Position numbers and translations under genes: made by a program
Origin: Deltaproteobacteria bacterium UBA6601
Lineage (GTDB): Bacteria > Myxococcota_A > UBA796 > UBA9615
Direction of reading: 5' to 3'
Length of the DNA stretch: 64,000 bases
Assembly (NCBI GenBank): GCA_002433485.1
Contig: DJIF01000150.1
Span: 30,259 to 94,258, forward strand
In this document: piece after piece, positions 9,493-18,766 of the stretch
Position numbering within the stretch: position 1 is the first letter of the stretch
Layout of the letters: each line of letters begins with the position of its first letter
The notes under the pieces: generated by a model
Databases searched by the model: none
What the model was told of the DNA's origin: nothing
Seen by the model: the letters and a program-made list of their open reading frames with translations, nothing else

Positions 9493-10578
9493 TTAATCGG
9501 TGATGGTGATGCCGGCCTCTTCAAGTCGGTCGCGGAAGGCGCTCTTGTCGACCACCTTCTCGTAGGCCGCCTCGGGGCTCACAATCTGGTCCTGAACCAG
9601 TGCCCATAGGGCGTCGTCCATAGCTTGCATGCCAATGCTCTTACCCATCTGAATGCTGGAGGTGATCTGGGCAGTCTTTCCGTCGCGGATCATGCTTGAC
9701 AGACCTGAAGTTGCGAACAGGATCTCGAGGGCCGCCACGCGGCCGCCACCCTTGCGCTTCAAGAGTTGTTGGGCAACGACTCCTTTGAGACTTTCCGCCA
9801 GTGACCCCCTTACCCCCTCCTGCTCATCTTCGGGGAACACGTTGATGATTCTGTCGACCGCCTTGGCGGCGTTGTTGGTGTGGAGCGTGCCGAACACCGT
9901 GAAGCCTGATTCGGCTGCGTTAAGAGCGGTTCGGATCGTCTCAAGGTCGCGCATCTCACCAACCAGAACCACGTCGGGGTCTTCTCGGACTGCGGCCTGC
10001 ACAGCAGAGGCAAAGCTGATGGCGTGAGTGTGGATCTCACGCTGGCTGATGATGGACTTCTTATTGGGGTGCACGAACTCGACCGGGTCTTCGATGGTGA
10101 TGATGTGGAGCTCTTGCTCTGTGTTCATTTTGTCGATGATCGAGGAGAGCGTGGTCGACTTACCCGAGCCCGTTGGCCCGGTCACTAAAATTAAGCCTCT
10201 ACGCAGATAGCAGAAGCGCTCTACCTGCTTCGGCAGGCCCAGCTGGGCGAAGCTCATCAGGCGGGTCGGGATGATCCGGAATACCGCTCCGTAGCCGCGC
10301 ACCTGCATGAAGAGGTTGACTCTAAAGCGTGCAACTCCTGCCACTTCATAGGAGAAGTCGGCGTCGCCCTTGGCGCGGAAGCGCTGCCAGTCCTCGGTAT
10401 TCATGAGGGGTTTGATGAACTCGACAAAGTCCTGGTTACTCAGCACTCGAAAACGAACCGGTTCAACGTCGCCCTGGAGCCGGAACATTGGGGGCCGGCC
10501 CACCGACAGGTGCAGATCAGAGGCCCCCCTGTCGTTCATCAGGGTGAGAAAGCGGTCGACCTTGTTGGCGAGTGCCAT
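9493..10578 (-). CDS. pilT: Type IV pilus retraction ATPase PilT family
   Basis: ASDLHLSVG, RFRVN, GPTGSGKSTT, EDPVE, REDPDVVLVGEMRD, GTLHT, GMQAMD; RBS AGGAG upstream. Confidence 0.93.
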   Translation of the reverse strand: MALANKVDRFLTLMNDRGASDLHLSVGRPPMFRLQGDVEPVRFRVLSNQDFVEFIKPLMNTEDWQRFRAKGDADFSYEVAGVARFRVNLFMQVRGYGAVFRIIPTRLMSFAQLGLPKQVERFCYLRRGLILVTGPTGSGKSTTLSSIIDKMNTEQELHIITIEDPVEFVHPNKKSIISQREIHTHAISFASAVQAAVREDPDVVLVGEMRDLETIRTALNAAESGFTVFGTLHTNNAAKAVDRIINVFPEDEQEGVRGSLAESLKGVVAQQLLKRKGGGRVAALEILFATSGLSSMIRDGKTAQITSSIQMGKSIGMQAMDDALWALVQDQIVSPEAAYEKVVDKSAFRDRLEEAGITITD

Positions 10579-10590
10579 CGGGTTGCTCCT

Positions 10591-13104
10591 CTAGCCAGCC
10601 TGACTCTGGCCGGCCAGAAACTCGGGGCTGACCTTGTGTTCAAAAACGTTCTTATCTTGAGCTCGCAGCCATGCCTGTTCGGGACTGATGCGACGCGCCT
10701 CAAGCAGTCGCTCCAGTCCAACATCGATGGTCTGGTGACCGCGGCTCTTGCCCACCTGCATCTGGCCATAAATCTGATAGGTCTTGTTGTCTTTGATCAG
10801 GTTGCGGATGTCCATGGTTCCCATCATGACCTCAAACAGTGCGACTCTTTCCTTGCCGCTGGCGGTGGGCATCAAGCTCTGGCAGATCACCATCTTGATG
10901 GTCTCTGACAGCATCATTCGCACCTGCGCCTGCTCCTTGATAGGGAAGTTGTCAATGACCCGGTCAATGGTCTTGGGTGCCGAATTGGTGTTGAGGGTGC
11001 CGATGACCAGGTGCCCGGTCTCGGATGCTTCGATGGCCAACTTGACCGTCTCAGGGTCACGCATTTCGCCAACTACGATGACGTCAGGGTCCTGGCGTAG
11101 CGCGCCGCGGAGGGCCGCTGCGAAGTCGTCGGTGTGGCGGCGAACTTCGCGTTGATTGATCAGGCACTCTTTGGGGGGGTGGACGAACTCAATGGGGTCT
11201 TCGAGCAGCAGGACATGGCAGCGTTTGCGCTCGTTGAAGAGATTCACCAGAGCTGCCAGGGTAGTGGACTTGCCCGACCCTGATGGGCCGGCGACCAGCA
11301 CCAGGCCCTGTCGGTAGTTGACCAGATCAGCGAGGTGAGTCGGCAAGCCGATGTCCGTGAGCGTCGGCACCACCTGTGGGATCAGGCGGAATGCCGCAGC
11401 CAACCCCTTGCGTTCGACGTAGACGTTGGACCGGTAGCGTCCACGGCCGCTAATAGCGTGACAGAAGTCGACCTGAGTGTTTCGTTCCAGCAGTTCCTGT
11501 TGAATGGGTTTGAGCAGGCCATGAATGAGCCGATGGGTGTCTTCCGCTGTGAGCTTGTCCTTGCCAAGTTCGATCAGGTTGCCGTTGATTCGGGCCACCG
11601 GCGGGGAGTCGACGACGAGGTGAAGATCCGACGCTTGCCGATCACGGACCTCTACCAGTAACTGCTCCAGTTCCCCCAGTTCAGCGATTTCAGCCACCTC
11701 CTCTTCTCCTAGGTGAATGGCCGCACTGTCATCGATTGGGGCATTACCGAGCAGCTGCTCTATGGCATAAGCTGCGCGATCGCGGACCGCCGCGCTGGTG
11801 TCTTGCTCAACGCAGGCCTCAAGGGCTGGGATGACCCGCGGGTCCTGGAGTTTGACCAGGGTGCGAACCGCTTCGGCTCGGGTCTCCGGTTGGGGCGAAG
11901 AAAGGCAGCCGATGACTCCCTTGCACGCGCTCTTGCTGCCGATGCGGGCGAGCGCCTCTAAGCAGACCATAGCGGAGGACCCCTGGTTGAGGGCCTTCAC
12001 CAGTGGGTCGACGGCGCGTGGGTCGCCGATCTTGCCGAGGGTTTCCGCTGCGATCATTCGCAGCCACCAGTCCTGTTCTTCAAGCAGGTGAATGATGTGC
12101 GGTACGCATTCTCGAGACTGAAGGGTAGCGCCAAGCATGAGCGCCATGGAGCGAACATCTTCGTCCTCATCGCTCATAAGCTTGATCACCGAGCCGGTAA
12201 TGATGTCGGCGTGGTTGCGCAGCGACACCAGAGTGCGGTCTCGCATCCAACCCATCAGGTGCTTGCAGAACACCAGTAGCTTGCGGAGGATGCGTTCCTG
12301 ATCGCCGCGTCGAATCATTACCTCGATGATGCCGCTGCGGACTGCCTCACTGCCGTCGGTGAGCAGCGAGAGCAATTGATCCTCGGTGGACTCAGAGCTG
12401 CCCAGCTGGTCGATCGCTTCGCCCAATACCCTTACCGCCTGCTGTTGCACCGCCGGCTCGGGACTCTTGAGCTGAAGGAGGGCGACCCGGACCGCTTCGG
12501 CCGGATGTTTGCTAGCCAGAATATTGAGAACAGCAAGGCGGATCCGCTCGTCCTTATCGTCGGCCAGGTCAGCTACCTTGCTGAGGATTGCCGGCAAGGA
12601 CAGCAGCTCATCGCTATCACCAATTTTGGTGATGGCCAGATAACGAATCCCTGGCCGATTGTGATCCAGGAAGTTCAGAAACTCTCTACCGATCTGGTCG
12701 GCAGGCAGCGAGGAGATCGCCTCCATGGCCCTTTGTGCGAGCCCCTTGTCACCTTCTCGAACCAGGCGCTCCAGGTGGGTGATCGCGAGCTGCGGATTAC
12801 TGCGGATTACGGCGTAGAAGATCACGCTTTGGGAGCGGGTCGTGCGCTGCTTGGCGAGTTCGAAGATCTGCTCCAGGAGGCGGGCATCTTGACGGTCTCG
12901 CAGGACCTTCTCGGCAAAAAACCGGACCGTGGTTTCGCTGCTTGTCATCAGCACGATCAGTTCGTCGGCTTTGAGGTCCTTAACCTGACTAAGGTCGCGA
13001 AGAGCCTCGTTCATCTCTTCGCGGCTTGACCAGCTGCGACTAGTGACCCGTTCCAGTGCCTTGGCACGGCTGGGTTTGCCGCCTGCTCCGCCAAACAGGG
13101 CCAT
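10591..13104 (-). CDS. HEAT-repeat (N-terminal ~450 aa) - PilT/PilU-family ATPase fusion
   Basis: HEAT-like repeats (WWLRMIAAETLGKIGDPRAVDPLVKAL; ETRAEAVRTLVKLQDPRVIPAL), then ASDLHL, GPSGSGKSTT, EDPIE, RQDPDVIVVGEMRD, DIRNLIKD. Confidence 0.9.
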   Translation of the reverse strand: MALFGGAGGKPSRAKALERVTSRSWSSREEMNEALRDLSQVKDLKADELIVLMTSSETTVRFFAEKVLRDRQDARLLEQIFELAKQRTTRSQSVIFYAVIRSNPQLAITHLERLVREGDKGLAQRAMEAISSLPADQIGREFLNFLDHNRPGIRYLAITKIGDSDELLSLPAILSKVADLADDKDERIRLAVLNILASKHPAEAVRVALLQLKSPEPAVQQQAVRVLGEAIDQLGSSESTEDQLLSLLTDGSEAVRSGIIEVMIRRGDQERILRKLLVFCKHLMGWMRDRTLVSLRNHADIITGSVIKLMSDEDEDVRSMALMLGATLQSRECVPHIIHLLEEQDWWLRMIAAETLGKIGDPRAVDPLVKALNQGSSAMVCLEALARIGSKSACKGVIGCLSSPQPETRAEAVRTLVKLQDPRVIPALEACVEQDTSAAVRDRAAYAIEQLLGNAPIDDSAAIHLGEEEVAEIAELGELEQLLVEVRDRQASDLHLVVDSPPVARINGNLIELGKDKLTAEDTHRLIHGLLKPIQQELLERNTQVDFCHAISGRGRYRSNVYVERKGLAAAFRLIPQVVPTLTDIGLPTHLADLVNYRQGLVLVAGPSGSGKSTTLAALVNLFNERKRCHVLLLEDPIEFVHPPKECLINQREVRRHTDDFAAALRGALRQDPDVIVVGEMRDPETVKLAIEASETGHLVIGTLNTNSAPKTIDRVIDNFPIKEQAQVRMMLSETIKMVICQSLMPTASGKERVALFEVMMGTMDIRNLIKDNKTYQIYGQMQVGKSRGHQTIDVGLERLLEARRISPEQAWLRAQDKNVFEHKVSPEFLAGQSQAG

Positions 13105-13237
13105 TTGAAGCCTCTCCGCTGTGCTCGCTCTGGCTGAGCGGCTGAACGCTGGAAGCTGCTAGTATTCCATAAGATCCGGCCAACCGGTGGAACAGGCTGG
13201 CGAGAGATGCTCGCCTGAGCCTGGGAGAGGGGCCTTC

Positions 13238-14182
13238 ATGAGTGGTGATCAGGACCCGGCCTATTGGCGCAGCTTGTACAGTCCTCCGCGGGAGTCGGAG
13301 GGGAGCGGCGAAATTACCGGATTTCGGGCGGCAATTGCTGCGGAAGATCTGGTTGCTGAGCGTACGGGAGCCGATGGGATTGAGTCGGGGAAGGCAGCCG
13401 CCGGACCGGTCTCTTCGGCATTGGACAGCGCCGCCGTGGCAGCACTGGTCCAGCAGTTGGTTGAGGAGCGCCTCGCCGGCCGTGCGGGGAGTTCTGTGTC
13501 AGCTGGCCATGGAGCTTCGCTGCCGGCCCCTGGAGAAGCTTCAGAACAGCCCTCTCAGCCGGTCCAGATGGCAGCCATTACACCCGCGCAGATGGCTGCT
13601 GCCAGCACGGTCCCTGAAGTGGCCCCGGTAGCTTTTTCGTCGAGGTCGCAGGGACAGGCTGATGATGCACTGCAGTCGGCTCCGCCCTGGGAATCTGATG
13701 ACCAGGCCTCGACCACCATGGATGACAATTTTGTCCCACCCTGGGAGGAGCTTGCTGAGCCCTTAGAGACCTCGCCCCTGGATACGCAAGCTTCTACGGT
13801 TGCCATCAATGATCAAGATGTCGAGGTCGATGATTTTGTGGTCGAGATCGACGAGGAAGAGGGAGAGGATGATCACGACATCGTGATTGAGGCTGAGGAT
13901 GATCAGGAGTTGGTGATTGAGGAGGTCGGTGAGCCCGAGCAGGTGGCCGCTGCCGTCGCAGGTCTTGAGGACCTGTGGCAGCGCGTACCAATCCTGCCTG
14001 GGGGCCAGTCTGCATTGATTGGGGTGGAGGGGCTCTCGCCGGCAGCACCGATGATCCTGGTACTCATTGACGGCGTGAGCACCCTCAAGGGCCTCAAGAT
14101 GTTGGTTCCCCATGTTCCGGACGAGGAGTTTGAGGCCATCGTGCAAGACGGCATTGCCCGTGGTCTTGTTGTGTTCAGCTGA
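13238..14182 (+). CDS. Hypothetical protein: disordered acidic region plus small C-terminal winged-helix-like domain
   Basis: Ala/Pro/Asp/Glu-rich N-terminus; C-terminus LSPAAPMILVLIDGVSTLKGL...GIARGLVVF; RBS GGAGAGG before ATG 13238. Confidence 0.6.
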   Translation: MSGDQDPAYWRSLYSPPRESEGSGEITGFRAAIAAEDLVAERTGADGIESGKAAAGPVSSALDSAAVAALVQQLVEERLAGRAGSSVSAGHGASLPAPGEASEQPSQPVQMAAITPAQMAAASTVPEVAPVAFSSRSQGQADDALQSAPPWESDDQASTTMDDNFVPPWEELAEPLETSPLDTQASTVAINDQDVEVDDFVVEIDEEEGEDDHDIVIEAEDDQELVIEEVGEPEQVAAAVAGLEDLWQRVPILPGGQSALIGVEGLSPAAPMILVLIDGVSTLKGLKMLVPHVPDEEFEAIVQDGIARGLVVFS

Positions 14183-14184
14183 GC

Positions 14185-17100
14185 TCAGTTGAGTAGGGGA
14201 GTGCAGTCTCCTGGGCTTGGGGTGCTCTGGATGCTCCAGGCGGTGTTGCCTCGCTCCAGGCTGCTTCCTGAGGGAGCGTCGCCGACACTTACCGCTGCCA
14301 CGTTACCCTGGCTGTCGAGGAGCCCGTTGTTGTTGTTCGGTCCATAGATCACGCTGTCGATTGGGATGCTTGTGGTGTCGATCAGACTCTCGGTGAGGTT
14401 GAACAGGGCGACACCGTCACCGTCGTTGCCGGAGTTCTGAAGATTAGGGGTGAAGGTCACGCTCTGATCGAAAGAGGGGGAGCCGTTATCTGCGTTGCTG
14501 GTCGGGCCCCCGATCACGAAGCAGTCTCCTGGCGCCATGTTGCCGACCAGCTGCAAGGTGCTGGTCAGATAGTTGGTTCCCCCTGCGCCAAGGCTCCAGT
14601 TGGCTAGATCAATGCTGGTGAGTCCGCCGTTGTACAGCTCTATCCATTCCAGCCCATCGTCCGCCCCGGGCGCGTCGTAGAACACCTCGCTGAGTACCAG
14701 CCCGATATCCGGTTGGTCGGTGACCAGTAAGCTAGTGTCGAGCTGTGATGCGCCGAGGGTGGCGGTGATCTGCTCACTGCCCGCCGCGACGCCCTCCACG
14801 ACAAACTCAGCGGCCAATTCTCCCAGCCCGACCTGAACCTGGGCGGGGCCGCTGGCATAGTTGCCTGGGCTGAGTGTGAGGTTCACATCCTGATGGCCGA
14901 CGGTGGCAGGGATGTCCAGTCGAACCGTGTAAGTGACCGAGTCGCCGACAGCTACCGATCCTGCCAGCGGCTCCAAGGCTTCAAGCTGCGGGATCTGATT
15001 GGGATCGAGGACATGAACAGATGCGCTGAGGGTAGTTCCGTCCCAGCTGGCTTCAAGGCTGACCGGTCCCGTGCTGCTGGCGAGCCCGGAGAGGGAGAGC
15101 TGTTGGCTGGTCTGGCCCTCTGGAACGATCACTGTGGCGGGAACCTCAAGCTTGGTGGGGTCTGCGCTGGTCAGATCGACTGCCGTGCCACCAGTGGGAG
15201 CGGGCCGGTCCAGCTCCACCACCAGGGGCGGCAGCGTTGTGGCCAGCAGGCTACCCTCATAAAGAAAAACCTCGCTCGGCTCCAGTGCTGTCAGGGCCGG
15301 CGGGCCACTCTCCACCAGCAGCAGATCTGCTGCATTGCGTGGCTCAAGCTTGGAGTCTTCGTTGGCGAAGCGCAGGATTCCAGTTACCTGGTAGCGATCA
15401 CCCAGCAGTGGCAGGCTTGTATCGCTGAACAGGAAGTCACCGACCCGTAAGCTGTCATCGAGCAGGAATTCACCGGTTGGGTCAGTGTCGCCCGGTCCAG
15501 CCGGGGGGTTATGGGCGGTGACCGCGGCTACGTCGCTGCGCACCAGGACTCCTTCAAGAGCCTCGGCCAGACTGCCGTCAGTGCTTAGCTCGGCGATGCT
15601 CGCTTCAATGGGCGCAGGCTCGGTGTGGCCAGAGCTATCCACGACCAGGTCCCGCGCATCGGCAATCTGCCACTGGCCAAACCACAGGTTGACGGTTGCC
15701 TGGAGAGAAATGCGATCCCCCACCTCTGGTTGAGTGAATTGGTCACTGGCTGGGCTGTAGCACCACAGTCCCGAGTAGTTAGCAGCCAGAGTCGGGTCAT
15801 GGTTCTCCGCGGGTACTTGCACGAAGAAGCCATGCTCGTTGACAGCTGTTACCTGGAGCTGACTCAGGCTCACATCCAGGCCCGAGTCCAGCAGGCCCTG
15901 TTTGATCTCGTAGACATTGGCCGGGCAGCCTTCACCAGCGGAATTGGCCCGCTCTGGGCAGGGATCGCAGGCGTCACCGATACCGTCTCCATCCAGGTCT
16001 TCCTGAAGAAAGTTCGGTTCACTAGGGCAGTTGTCGATGCTGTCGATGCTGCCATCTGCGTCGCGGTCATCGGGGTCGAATTCAACGCAGCCGTCAGCGC
16101 TCTCTCCCAGCGGGCAGAGGTCGCAGACATCGCCCAGACCATCGTCATCATGATCCCGCTGGAGACCGAGGTCCATGGGGCGAATGGGATTAAATACGCT
16201 GGGGCAGTTGTCATCGACGCCCGGGATCCCGTCGCCATCGACATCGTCCACGTCGATGACTTCGTATTCACCGGTTCGGAAGGGGACACAGGAGGGTTCG
16301 TCCGCCGGGGTCTCACAGAAGAACAGGTCGTAGGCATCGCTGTTCGCCTGGGCCAGAGCTTCGTAGCCTATACCGAGCTCGGTTTGCAGACAGGCGCTGC
16401 GCGCCTCGCCGCAGACCCCATCGGGGATTGCCTCGCAGTCCTGCGGGCCAATGGCTGCCACCAACTCCGAGTCGCCATAAAGAACCTGGCCGCCGCGCAG
16501 TACCAGGTGAACCCCTCCTGGGTCGCTATCGAGGATAGCTCGGAAGGGCCGTTCAGGTTGCTCCCGGCCGTCGAAGATGGCGATGTCGCCGGCGAGGCCA
16601 CTCTGCAGAGAGCCGGTTGCGTCGTCGACCTTGGCGGCCCGGGCGGCCCCAGAGGTGGCCATTGCCCAAAGCTCCCAGTCCCCAAACCAGCCGCCGTAGT
16701 ACTCCTGATTGAGGGCATCGGCACAGGCCAGCTCTCGGAGCACGTTCATGGAGCCCGATGGGGTCCAGTCCGTGCCCAGCGCGAGGTTAACTCCTTCGCT
16801 GTGGAGCAGGGTCACTGGCGCCGTGTTGCCGTAGAGGTCCACGTTGGAGCGGGGCGACCAGATTACGCTGGCCTCTTCGTAGCCGAGCAGGGCTGCGTCG
16901 GGCGCGGTGAGGGCCACGGCGTGGATGATCGCTGTGTTGGCCTCAACCAAGTCGCGGCCGCCGTTGTCGTTGCTGGTCAGACAGGCCAACTCGTTGCGCG
17001 CGCTCAAGTCGATTCCTTCAGCGATGTGGGGCGCATAGGCGTCGGCATCCAGCACGCTGCTGGAGTCGATGTTGGGGTAGTCGCAGCCGCTCTGGCGGGT

Positions 17101-17838
17101 CGAGCCGCCGCTGTCACCCAGCGGGAAGGTCTCGTAGTGCACCTGGTCTTGGTTGAGGCCCTCCTGATCCCGGTCGAGGTTGCGGAGCAGTCCGTCAGAG
17201 CTACCGGAGCCAAGGATTGATGTGGCGCCACCCAGGACAAAGCGCAGCTCGCCCCAGGCCTTTTGCTCCCAGCTGGCCCCGCCCGAGACGGTGATTTTGG
17301 TGTGGCCATTGTTGCCTTTTCGCCAGTCGTGGCGGTGTTCGTAGCGCTCATCACCGTGACCTATCGGGTGGTTCTGGATGAAGCTGATGTGGTCGTGGGC
17401 GTTGATGAGTCCTGGAGAGATGAGTCCATAGGGACAGGAGATTGTGGTCGCTTCGCCTGGCGAAAGGTCACCACTACAGTCGCAGCCTACGCAGCTGATC
17501 TGCCCGCTGCTGTCCAGCAAGACCTCGCCGCCCAGGAACACCGACTCTTCACCGAGCACGATGCCCCGCAGCAGAGTTCCTTGCTGCCCTGAGTTCACTG
17601 TGCACAGCGCACCATCCTGGGGCGCCGGGTCTGGAGTGCCGCAGAAGACTCCAGTGGGGCCACCTTGCTGACCCTCGTAGCTGTAGCCCGCTGAGCTATC
17701 GTCGTCGTCGCCCAGAGAGTCATCATCGTTGGCGATGGTGTCGTCATCGTCGCCTATGTTTCCTCCACAGGCCCCAAGGCCGAGCAGGGCAAGGGTGAGC
17801 AGGAGGCGATAAATGAGGCTAAGGGGAGAGGGTTTCAT
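14185..17838 (-). CDS. Large secreted lipoprotein: amidohydrolase domain, thrombospondin type-3-like Ca-binding repeats, OB/Ig-like domains, C-terminal lamin-tail domain
   Basis: Lipobox LGLGAC; PGLINAHDH (HxH), HIAEG, IIHA, ALGTDW; DxDGDGIxxxxDNCP repeats; LSEVFYD...EWIELYN (lamin-tail domain). Confidence 0.85.
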   Translation of the reverse strand: MKPSPLSLIYRLLLTLALLGLGACGGNIGDDDDTIANDDDSLGDDDDSSAGYSYEGQQGGPTGVFCGTPDPAPQDGALCTVNSGQQGTLLRGIVLGEESVFLGGEVLLDSSGQISCVGCDCSGDLSPGEATTISCPYGLISPGLINAHDHISFIQNHPIGHGDERYEHRHDWRKGNNGHTKITVSGGASWEQKAWGELRFVLGGATSILGSGSSDGLLRNLDRDQEGLNQDQVHYETFPLGDSGGSTRQSGCDYPNIDSSSVLDADAYAPHIAEGIDLSARNELACLTSNDNGGRDLVEANTAIIHAVALTAPDAALLGYEEASVIWSPRSNVDLYGNTAPVTLLHSEGVNLALGTDWTPSGSMNVLRELACADALNQEYYGGWFGDWELWAMATSGAARAAKVDDATGSLQSGLAGDIAIFDGREQPERPFRAILDSDPGGVHLVLRGGQVLYGDSELVAAIGPQDCEAIPDGVCGEARSACLQTELGIGYEALAQANSDAYDLFFCETPADEPSCVPFRTGEYEVIDVDDVDGDGIPGVDDNCPSVFNPIRPMDLGLQRDHDDDGLGDVCDLCPLGESADGCVEFDPDDRDADGSIDSIDNCPSEPNFLQEDLDGDGIGDACDPCPERANSAGEGCPANVYEIKQGLLDSGLDVSLSQLQVTAVNEHGFFVQVPAENHDPTLAANYSGLWCYSPASDQFTQPEVGDRISLQATVNLWFGQWQIADARDLVVDSSGHTEPAPIEASIAELSTDGSLAEALEGVLVRSDVAAVTAHNPPAGPGDTDPTGEFLLDDSLRVGDFLFSDTSLPLLGDRYQVTGILRFANEDSKLEPRNAADLLLVESGPPALTALEPSEVFLYEGSLLATTLPPLVVELDRPAPTGGTAVDLTSADPTKLEVPATVIVPEGQTSQQLSLSGLASSTGPVSLEASWDGTTLSASVHVLDPNQIPQLEALEPLAGSVAVGDSVTYTVRLDIPATVGHQDVNLTLSPGNYASGPAQVQVGLGELAAEFVVEGVAAGSEQITATLGASQLDTSLLVTDQPDIGLVLSEVFYDAPGADDGLEWIELYNGGLTSIDLANWSLGAGGTNYLTSTLQLVGNMAPGDCFVIGGPTSNADNGSPSFDQSVTFTPNLQNSGNDGDGVALFNLTESLIDTTSIPIDSVIYGPNNNNGLLDSQGNVAAVSVGDAPSGSSLERGNTAWSIQSTPSPGDCTPLLN

Positions 17839-17876
17839 GGGATCTCCCAGTGCTGGATTGCGGGCAGTCGAGGAGG

Positions 17877-18611
17877 CTAACGGAGGCAGTCAGGCTTGTC
17901 GCTATAGCGCATTTTGTAGGGTACGTAGACCATGCAGCTACCGCTTGCTACCGGACCTTCGCAGATTTCCTGACAGACCTCGTAGTGCTCCTGGTGTGGT
18001 CTCAGCCAGGTCTTCCCTGTTCTGGTGCTGACCAGGCGGTTTCGGCCGCGCCCTTCTGCAGCTGAGTGGACGCTGGTGATGATGTGCTCAGGGGTGCCTT
18101 TGGCCCAGATCCCAAGCCCCTGCTCGCGAGCCTGCCGCTGCACCGCCAGATCGGTGGGGTCGGCGTCCTGATCGAAGGCGTAGACATGGCCATGGCCCAC
18201 TCGAAGCAACTCCTGTCGAGCATCTGGACAGTCAACAAGGACTCGATTGTAGGAGTCTTTAGAGCCGTCCGTGATGCAGTTCCACTGGGTGGCTGATGCG
18301 ATGTCTTTGGTGGCGCTCGAGATGGCGTACAGCTCTTGGGCTGTCCATCCTCCCCAGCGATGGACCGGGCCATAGGCCTCAAGGCTGTTGTAGCCCATCA
18401 GGCGAACCCCGCTCCCCTTGAAGCGTCCCGACTTGAACTTGAAGCTGTCGCCATCACTCCAGCGTACTACCGTCACCTTCTTGTTGAGCAGGATGGTTGC
18501 CTCTCCAAGTCCAGGCTCGACTGCATTCTTGCCTGCCCCGGCTTCATTGTGAGCACAGCTCAGCAGCAGACAGCCGGCAAGGAGTAAGGCAGGGACCATG
18601 GCCAGACGCAT
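17877..18611 (-). CDS. Thermonuclease (SNase) family lipoprotein
   Basis: WSDGDSF, VRLMGYNSLE, DSYNRVL, QRQAREQGLGIW; lipobox LLLSC; RBS GGGAG before ATG 18611. Confidence 0.85.
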   Translation of the reverse strand: MRLAMVPALLLAGCLLLSCAHNEAGAGKNAVEPGLGEATILLNKKVTVVRWSDGDSFKFKSGRFKGSGVRLMGYNSLEAYGPVHRWGGWTAQELYAISSATKDIASATQWNCITDGSKDSYNRVLVDCPDARQELLRVGHGHVYAFDQDADPTDLAVQRQAREQGLGIWAKGTPEHIITSVHSAAEGRGRNRLVSTRTGKTWLRPHQEHYEVCQEICEGPVASGSCMVYVPYKMRYSDKPDCLR

Positions 18612-18766
18612 TGATTCTCCCTTGGATGCTGAGCTCAAGCATCGAGGATGAGGGGCCATATCCTACAGCAGAGGAAAGCGTTTCGCAGGCAGGAAGGCGG
18701 TGTTGCGGTGGCTGGGTGGCTGGAGCCGATGTCGGTAGCGAGCGAGCTTGATATAACTCTACTGCC

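Noticed and set aside
15940-16260. Repeated GTCGAT/GTCATC-rich units resembling a DNA repeat or CRISPR array
   Set aside because: They encode Asp-rich TSP3-like protein repeats; no identical repeats with unique spacers and no cas genes.
15625-17220. 531-aa + strand ORF
   Set aside because: Lies wholly antisense to the motif-rich amidohydrolase; no recognisable motifs; typical GC-rich shadow ORF.
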